Source: a virus (lineage: Duplodnaviria; Caudoviricetes). Taken from it: DNA of 53,071 bases. Both the position numbers and the translations under genes were made by a program. The stretch spans positions 1 through 53,071 of IMG/VR virus record IMGVR_UViG_3300027811_000005; one strand, 5' to 3'. The notes below the pieces were generated by a model. The model saw nothing but the letters and a program-made list of their open reading frames with translations, did no database searches and was not told the origin of the DNA. This document shows, in pieces, positions 47,818 through 53,071 of the stretch; the stretch's first letter is position 1; the number at the start of each line of letters is the position of its first letter.

Positions 47818-48228
47818 ATGACAGTAGCAGTTGATCCAGAGGGACGTGGAGCGATGGCGATCCGCATCACGGGCGTCGCTTCGACGGCCGCGGGCGGGAT
47901 CGGGGCCGTGGCTAACCCGGAAGGCGTTGACATTCTGATCTTGCGGACGACGTTGCTGGTGTTGACGCCCAGCACGGGTTCGGCGAACATTGACATCGGC
48001 GTTGGAGCGGCAGCCGCGACGGATGCGACGGACATCATCAACGCCTTGGCGATGAACGGTGCTATCACGGACAAGATGTACAACGGCCACGCGATGCAAA
48101 ACACGACCAAGACCGAGATCACGGCACCGGCGCTGTGGACGACGTCCAAGTATATCTGCTTCACCGGATCGGCGACGACGGTGGGGCTGGATGCGATCTT
48201 GTTCGTCGAGTATGTGCGCGGGACGTAG
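47818..48228 (+). CDS. Putative head decoration/structural protein
   Basis: GGAGG RBS; beta-rich; position in head cluster. Confidence 0.6.
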   Translation: MTVAVDPEGRGAMAIRITGVASTAAGGIGAVANPEGVDILILRTTLLVLTPSTGSANIDIGVGAAAATDATDIINALAMNGAITDKMYNGHAMQNTTKTEITAPALWTTSKYICFTGSATTVGLDAILFVEYVRGT

Positions 48229-48301
48229 GCATCTGAGGGGCAACCGCGAGAGGATAACCACAAGGGGGCAACCTCAAGGGTTGCCCCTACAGAGGTAGGA
48301 C

Positions 48302-48730
48302 ATGGCGGCGACGGCAGAGCAGATCGCACGATTGAGGCGGATGACGAGTACGGTGGGCAGCTCGCAGTATTCCGACACGGACCTGGCGGGGTACATTGAG
48401 CGGTATCCGCTTTTAGATGAGCGCGGGGAAGAGCCGTACTATTGGGATGAGTCTACGCAACCCCCGACGAATGTCGAGGAGCCTGACTGGATCCCAACCT
48501 ATGATCTGAATTCTGCGGCCGCCGATGTGTGGGACGAGATCGCCGCCGGACTGTCTGGGGATTTCGATTTCAAGGTGGACGGCGGTGATTACGCTCGGAG
48601 CCAGACTTTTGAGCACGCGATGGGTCGGGCCAGGTACTATCGGTCGAGGCGCGCGGCTGGGACAATCAAGTTGGTGCAGTGGCCACCGGAGTCCAATGAG
48701 TTGGGCTGGGTTGTGAACGCGGCGGAATAG
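48302..48730 (+). CDS. Head-tail adaptor
   Basis: Position; YSDTDLAGYI, YDLNSAAADVW..IA, DFKVDGG. Confidence 0.7.
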   Translation: MAATAEQIARLRRMTSTVGSSQYSDTDLAGYIERYPLLDERGEEPYYWDESTQPPTNVEEPDWIPTYDLNSAAADVWDEIAAGLSGDFDFKVDGGDYARSQTFEHAMGRARYYRSRRAAGTIKLVQWPPESNELGWVVNAAE

Positions 48731-48874
48731 GGCCCCACCCCCTGCCCCTCCCCCCATCGAGGACGATGGGAGAGGGGAGAGAGCGGGACTGATAACCGTT
48801 TGTTATGCGTGCTGACCTCATCCCCCGGCCCCTTCTCCCAAGGATTGGGAGAAGGGGAGGAAGAGGAAGGTTGA

Positions 48875-49261
48875 ATGAGGACGCTCACAAGCGTTGAACT
48901 GGAACGGATGCAGGATGCGCAGGAGGCGGCGATGATGGACCGCTGCGACATTTTGCGTCTGGTCGAGGGCGGTACGGATGCCTACGGCAAGCCATTGCGC
49001 TCGTGGGTGCCAAGTTCCGAGTATGTGGAGTGCGGGTTCGGGTATCCCAGGCCGAGAGAGGGGTTGGGTCTGGCTCAGGTGGCTGAACTGGACGCTGTGC
49101 TGCGGTTGCCGTTGTGGGTGGATGTTACGAATCTGGATCGTGTGCGGGTGACGCACCGGTTCGGGGTGAAGTTGGCCACGGCGGCGACTTATGAGGCGAC
49201 GGGGCCGATCAAGCGTGGGCCAAGCGGGGTTGTGCTCGGGTTGAAGTTGGCGACGGTCTAG
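48875..49261 (+). CDS. Head closure protein
   Basis: DAYGKP, LRLP..VDVT.LDRV. Confidence 0.7.
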   Translation: MRTLTSVELERMQDAQEAAMMDRCDILRLVEGGTDAYGKPLRSWVPSSEYVECGFGYPRPREGLGLAQVAELDAVLRLPLWVDVTNLDRVRVTHRFGVKLATAATYEATGPIKRGPSGVVLGLKLATV

Positions 49262-49312
49262 CCCCCACCCTACCCTCCCCCGTGTGTACACGGGAGAGGG
49301 TGGAGGAGAGAG

Positions 49313-49819
49313 ATGGCGAGCGGCGACGCGGAAGTGAAGTTGTATCTGGACCACATCAAGGTTGTGGTTGAGCACGCGACGGATGAGGCACTGACGGCGA
49401 TTGCGCATCAAATCGAGGCGCAGACGAAGGCGAACATTGTCGCAAATAACCAGGTTGACACTGGCTTTTTGCTCAACAGTGTGTATGTCGTCTCGCGGTG
49501 GTACGATGGACGTGTTCGTAACGGTTATGATGATGCGCGCAGCAAGGCGGAAAGTCAAAGCCTAAAGAAGAGCGCCGGAACACGTCTGAGCAGACGCTTG
49601 CACCAGCGGGTAACTGTCACAGATCGGATGGCACCGAAAGAAGAGTTGCCAGCAGAGATTGAATTCGGCGGGAAAAGCGGTGCTCTGATTGTGGTCGGAG
49701 CGAACTATGCCATCTACCAGGAAGTGAAGCGTTCATTCCTTTTCTGGGCGGCCTCAATCGTTGCGACACGGGCAGGCGGGATCGCTGAGGAAGTTTACCG
49801 CGAGAGGATACATGACTGA
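49313..49819 (+). CDS. HK97 gp10-like neck protein
   Basis: VDTGFLLNSV, GANYAIYQE, RSFL. Confidence 0.8.
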   Translation: MASGDAEVKLYLDHIKVVVEHATDEALTAIAHQIEAQTKANIVANNQVDTGFLLNSVYVVSRWYDGRVRNGYDDARSKAESQSLKKSAGTRLSRRLHQRVTVTDRMAPKEELPAEIEFGGKSGALIVVGANYAIYQEVKRSFLFWAASIVATRAGGIAEEVYRERIHD

Positions 49820-50198
49820 CGTTGAGGCGGTGATCCGGGCGTACTTGGTGACGGTGACGGCGTTGACGACACTGGTGGGCCAACGGGTGTATGCGAGTGT
49901 TGATCTGCCAGCAGGTTATACGCCGGCGGGCGATGGGTCCGCGATTCTATTCGGGGTGCGCGGCGGGGATCAGGCGTATTCTTCGCGCCAGTTGCATCCG
50001 AGTGTTCAGTTCCGATGCTATGCGGAGACGGAGGCGAAGGCGCGGTCGGTGGCGGAGGCGCTGTACGATGCGCTGAACGATGCGCACGGGCTCGGGTTCA
50101 GGTACGCCAGGATGGAGACGCTGCCGCAGTTGTTGAGAGAGCCGGAGGTTGACTGGCCGTATTGCCTGTGCTTCTTCCGGGTGTGGTTGGACAATTGA
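49812..50198 (+). CDS. Tail terminator (DUF3168-like)
   Basis: LVGQRVY, VQFRCYA...ARSVAEALYDAL. Confidence 0.8.
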   Translation: MTDVEAVIRAYLVTVTALTTLVGQRVYASVDLPAGYTPAGDGSAILFGVRGGDQAYSSRQLHPSVQFRCYAETEAKARSVAEALYDALNDAHGLGFRYARMETLPQLLREPEVDWPYCLCFFRVWLDN

Positions 50199-50282
50199 TC
50201 CACCCCACCCCCAGCCCCTCCCCCGATGGGTACATCGGGAGAGGGGAGAGAATGGGGGAGGGATGGGAAACAGGAGGTTGGC

Positions 50283-50651
50283 ATGGCTTATTCGAGTGCG
50301 GTAGAATTGACACCGGTGGATGTTTCGAGGGATGGCGTTTCGGCGGATAAGACGCTGGTTGCGCCAACCGCGACGCATGGCAACAAGTTCATCACATCGG
50401 GCCGGGAGTATTTGAAGATCGTGAACGGCAGCGTCGGAGACATTACGGTGACGCTGACGCCGGGGACGGTGGTGGATGGCCTGACGCTGCCGACGAAGAC
50501 GTACACGATCAAGGCTACCGGTGATGCGAATGGGTTGGATGACCAGGTGATCGGGCCATTCCCCAAGACGTGGTGCTACACCGGGGATTACATCTGGGTG
50601 GTCTATTCGGCGGTGACGACCATTACGACGGGCGTGTTCCGGTTGGTGTAG
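50283..50651 (+). CDS. Hypothetical structural protein
   Basis: GGAGG RBS; beta-rich; IGPFP. Confidence 0.65.
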   Translation: MAYSSAVELTPVDVSRDGVSADKTLVAPTATHGNKFITSGREYLKIVNGSVGDITVTLTPGTVVDGLTLPTKTYTIKATGDANGLDDQVIGPFPKTWCYTGDYIWVVYSAVTTITTGVFRLV

Positions 50652-50728
50652 GACCCACCCCCGGCCCTCCCCCGTTGGGTACAACGGGAGAGGGGAGATG
50701 AGGTTGGGAATAGAGATGAGGAGGAAAC

Positions 50729-51322
50729 ATGAGTAGCACTGATTATATCGTGCACGGACCGGCAACACTGTGGAGGGCACCGGTAGGTGAGGCGCTGCCG
50801 GCGGACACGGTGGGCGCGGGGACGGCTTGGGGCGGAAACTGGACGCAGTTGGGCTGGACGGAAGCGCCGCTCAAGTTCACGTTTACGAAGAACAAGGCGC
50901 AGGGCAAGATCCAGGAAGCTAATGCGCCGGTGAAGGAGTGGGTGAACGACGAGGCCATCGAGTGGGAAGTGACGCTGGCCGAGGAAACCAACGCGAACTT
51001 GCAGTATGCCATCGGTGGCACGCTGACCACTCAGGCAGCGGACGCGACCCACCATGCGTACACTGACCTGGTGAGCGGCGGTGAGCAAGACATCACGCCG
51101 TATACCTGGGGATTCGAGTGGATCAACACGGTCAGCAGCCTTGACCAACCAGTACGGATGCAGATTTACAAGGGAACCTGCATTGCCGGGACGCCACTCG
51201 AGCTGGACAAGGGCAAGCAGTCTGCCATCACGCTCAAGGGGAGCGGATGGGAGGACATGACGAAGACGAAGGGACAGCGGCTCTACAAGATTCACCACAT
51301 CACGGCAGATCCAACGGCATGA
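50729..51322 (+). CDS. Major tail tube protein
   Basis: GPATLWRAP, WTQLGWT, VTLAE...NLQYAIGG. Confidence 0.8.
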   Translation: MSSTDYIVHGPATLWRAPVGEALPADTVGAGTAWGGNWTQLGWTEAPLKFTFTKNKAQGKIQEANAPVKEWVNDEAIEWEVTLAEETNANLQYAIGGTLTTQAADATHHAYTDLVSGGEQDITPYTWGFEWINTVSSLDQPVRMQIYKGTCIAGTPLELDKGKQSAITLKGSGWEDMTKTKGQRLYKIHHITADPTA

Positions 51323-51535
51323 GCCGGCTCTATTTGTTGTACCCTCATCCCCAACTCTTCCCCTGGCGAGGGAAGGGAGAGGGTTTCCCCACCCCAGTTT
51401 CCTACCCCGTGTAGCGCGTTGGGTACAACGGCTGCGGGGTAGGAACGGGGAGAGGATGGATGTGGGGGGGAGAGAACAAGGGCGAGGTCGGAGTCGGAGG
51501 GCGCGGGACACGCGCCACCTACGGTGGGGGGAAAG

Positions 51536-51937
51536 ATGGCACGCAATATTACGGTTACGCTAGGCGGGCAGTCATATCAAGTGAACCAGTTGCCGATCAA
51601 GGCGGCGCGGGAGTGGCGCACAGAGTTCCAAAAGCCGTTCGAGGAGATTGCGCTGGCGCTTTCGGGTGCCGGCAGCATTGAATTGACGGACGGGAAGAAT
51701 CTGGGCGGGCTGCTCGATACGTTGCGCGGGGTGTTGCTGCGGTCGCCAGATACGCTGCTGGAGATGCTTTACGCTTACTCGCCGCTGTTGAAGGCGGATT
51801 CGGCGCGCATCGAGGCGGAGGCGTTCGACGACGAGGTGATGCTGGCCTTTGTGGAGGTGCTGCGCCTGGCATACCCTTTCGAGAGCCTGATGAGCTTTCT
51901 CAGTGGCCTGGGGAGCAAGGCGACCGAGACGAAATAG
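51536..51937 (+). CDS. Tail assembly chaperone (gpG-like)
   Basis: After the tube gene; ITVTLGGQSYQV; contains slippery heptamer. Confidence 0.75.
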   Translation: MARNITVTLGGQSYQVNQLPIKAAREWRTEFQKPFEEIALALSGAGSIELTDGKNLGGLLDTLRGVLLRSPDTLLEMLYAYSPLLKADSARIEAEAFDDEVMLAFVEVLRLAYPFESLMSFLSGLGSKATETK

Positions 51938-52152
51938 CTCTGTCCGAGTGGGGACAGTGGGCAGACGATTTGGACGATCTGACGCTGGCGGAGTTGGTGG
52001 GCGCGTATGCCCGGCGGAAGCGCTGGGAGGCGCGGCTGCTGGCTATCGAGGTGGTGAAGGCGCTTGGCGAGGTGATGAATCCAGGGTCAACGGCGGCGGG
52101 GAGCCAGGAGAAGGGGATCAGCGCGGAGCAGTTTGCGAGGCTGATGGGATAG
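51874..52152 (+). CDS. -1 frameshift extension of tail chaperone (gpGT-like)
   Basis: C CCT TTC (X XXY YYZ) at 51874-51880 in the correct phase; -1 frame open to 52152. Confidence 0.75.
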   Translation, partial: PFREPDELSQWPGEQGDRDEIALSEWGQWADDLDDLTLAELVGAYARRKRWEARLLAIEVVKALGEVMNPGSTAAGSQEKGISAEQFARLMG

Positions 52153-52314
52153 GACCTCATCCCCCGACCCCTTCTCCCAGGGGGAGAAGGGGGTGAGAGC
52201 CGGGACTGATAAGTGGTTGTTATGCGTGCCGGGGTATGGCGCGGAGGGCAACCACGAGGGTTGCCCCTACAGGACGGGGGCTTGACTTTTGGACGCGAGG
52301 TTAGGAGCAGGGGC

Positions 52315-52656
52315 GTGAAGGCCAAAGAGTACGCGGCGCGCTATCGTGACAATCCTACGGTAGATGAGTTGAGGAAGATCGCGTTTGATTTTCTGATGGA
52401 GTCCAAGGCGCTAATTGAAACACGGCACGCCAAAAGGAACGAGGCGATATTCTCAATCTTTACCGAGTTGGAAAACAAATGGCGTGTATTTGTATCTCTT
52501 TCTGGCGATGAGACTATTCGGCCCGATGGTTTTGAGAGGTTGGTTCAGAAAGAGTTTCCATTTGTCTATTATTACTGGCTTGATTCCCGCGAACCTAAAG
52601 GGCGTGATGCCCATACGGGGGGACTTGACTTTTGGACACGAGGTATGGTAAGATGA
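52315..52656 (+). CDS. Hypothetical moron-like protein
   Basis: AGGAG RBS + GTG; lower GC; flanked by ~26-bp direct repeats. Confidence 0.6.
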   Translation: MKAKEYAARYRDNPTVDELRKIAFDFLMESKALIETRHAKRNEAIFSIFTELENKWRVFVSLSGDETIRPDGFERLVQKEFPFVYYYWLDSREPKGRDAHTGGLDFWTRGMVR

Positions 52657-52848
52657 TGGCAGAGCGATCAACTCTTGCGAGCGGCGTTTTCGTTTCCAGC
52701 CGTCGCCCAATTTCATATCTCGGCGCACACGGTGCGCTTGATGTGGTCAAAGCCCCACAACGGCTACGCCGCCTGCCAGAGTTGATCGCTCCCAGGTTGG
52801 AACGGCCGTTGTGGGGTTTTGGCGTTTCTGGTAGAAGGAGCGATCAAA

Positions 52849-53071
52849 ATGATGAAGGGAACGAGTGCTCAGGAGGCTCGAACATCTGGGCCTGGCCGGG
52901 TTGGTCGGAGTTCGGGATCTGGGTCACTGTGCGGGTCGTCGGACCGGGCCAGGACGGCCCTGGCGCTGTATGGGTTTTGGCCGGGGCCGGACGCCGGCAA
53001 CGGGCCGAGCTGGTCGCCGGCAGAGTTGCGGGGCGAGATCTGGCGGGTGATCAGGTCGCTGGACCGGGAGG
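52849..53071 (+). CDS. Hypothetical protein running off the window end (open across the end-to-start junction)
   Basis: AAGGAG RBS, MMKGTSAQ...; no stop before the end. Confidence 0.5.
   Translation, partial: MMKGTSAQEARTSGPGRVGRSSGSGSLCGSSDRARTALALYGFWPGPDAGNGPSWSPAELRGEIWRVIRSLDRE

Larger units (their letters stand above)
48..52192. repeat. Dispersed palindromic repeat family A (CCCTCA.CCCC.GCCCCTTCTCCC-loop-GGGAGAAGGGG), >20 copies
   Basis: Copies near 48, 2089, 6787, 6838, 10741, 13500, 16864, 17391, 26295, 35400, 39280, 39390, 42907, 44291, 44510, 48731, 48815, 49261, 50200, 50653, 51341, 52155. Confidence 0.9.
2143..52227 (+). repeat. Dispersed motif GGGACTG-ATAA-N7-TTAT, 13 copies
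   Basis: Near 2143, 7837, 14541, 17444, 20656, 26496, 31181, 34744, 39331, 42949, 44549, 48783, 52199. Confidence 0.85.
8781..52270. repeat. Dispersed REP-like family B (GGGC...GCCCCTAC), about 13 copies
   Basis: GGGCAACCACGAGGGTTGCCCCTAC and variants near 8781, 11716, 12139, 14519, 15181, 29722, 31157, 35729, 47732, 47773, 48264, 51499, 52246. Confidence 0.85.

Overview
The window reads as a complete, circularly permuted temperate siphovirus-type phage genome of about 53 kb, probably in its excised form. The tail tube and chaperone genes at the right end continue into the tape-measure gene at the left end, and an attP-like 3' fragment of tRNA-Pro(TGG) lies beside a tyrosine integrase. A Chloroflexota-like host is only a guess from the repeats and Pro/Thr-rich proteins. 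Besides ordinary head, tail, lysis, immunity and primase-helicase modules, the early region carries a complete integron: an IntI integrase, an attI-like site downstream of and co-oriented with intI, and six attC-bounded cassettes. The cassettes include a DNA methyltransferase and a TGT/DpdA-like gene. The genome also has a ParM/ParR-like partition pair, an FtsK/TraB-like translocase with clt-like 8-mers, a third tyrosine recombinase with an inserted lipoyl-like domain, a mini PolX, IbrA/IbrB, and several dispersed repeat families, two of which look like recombinase sites. All calls come from reading motifs by eye; no database searches were run.
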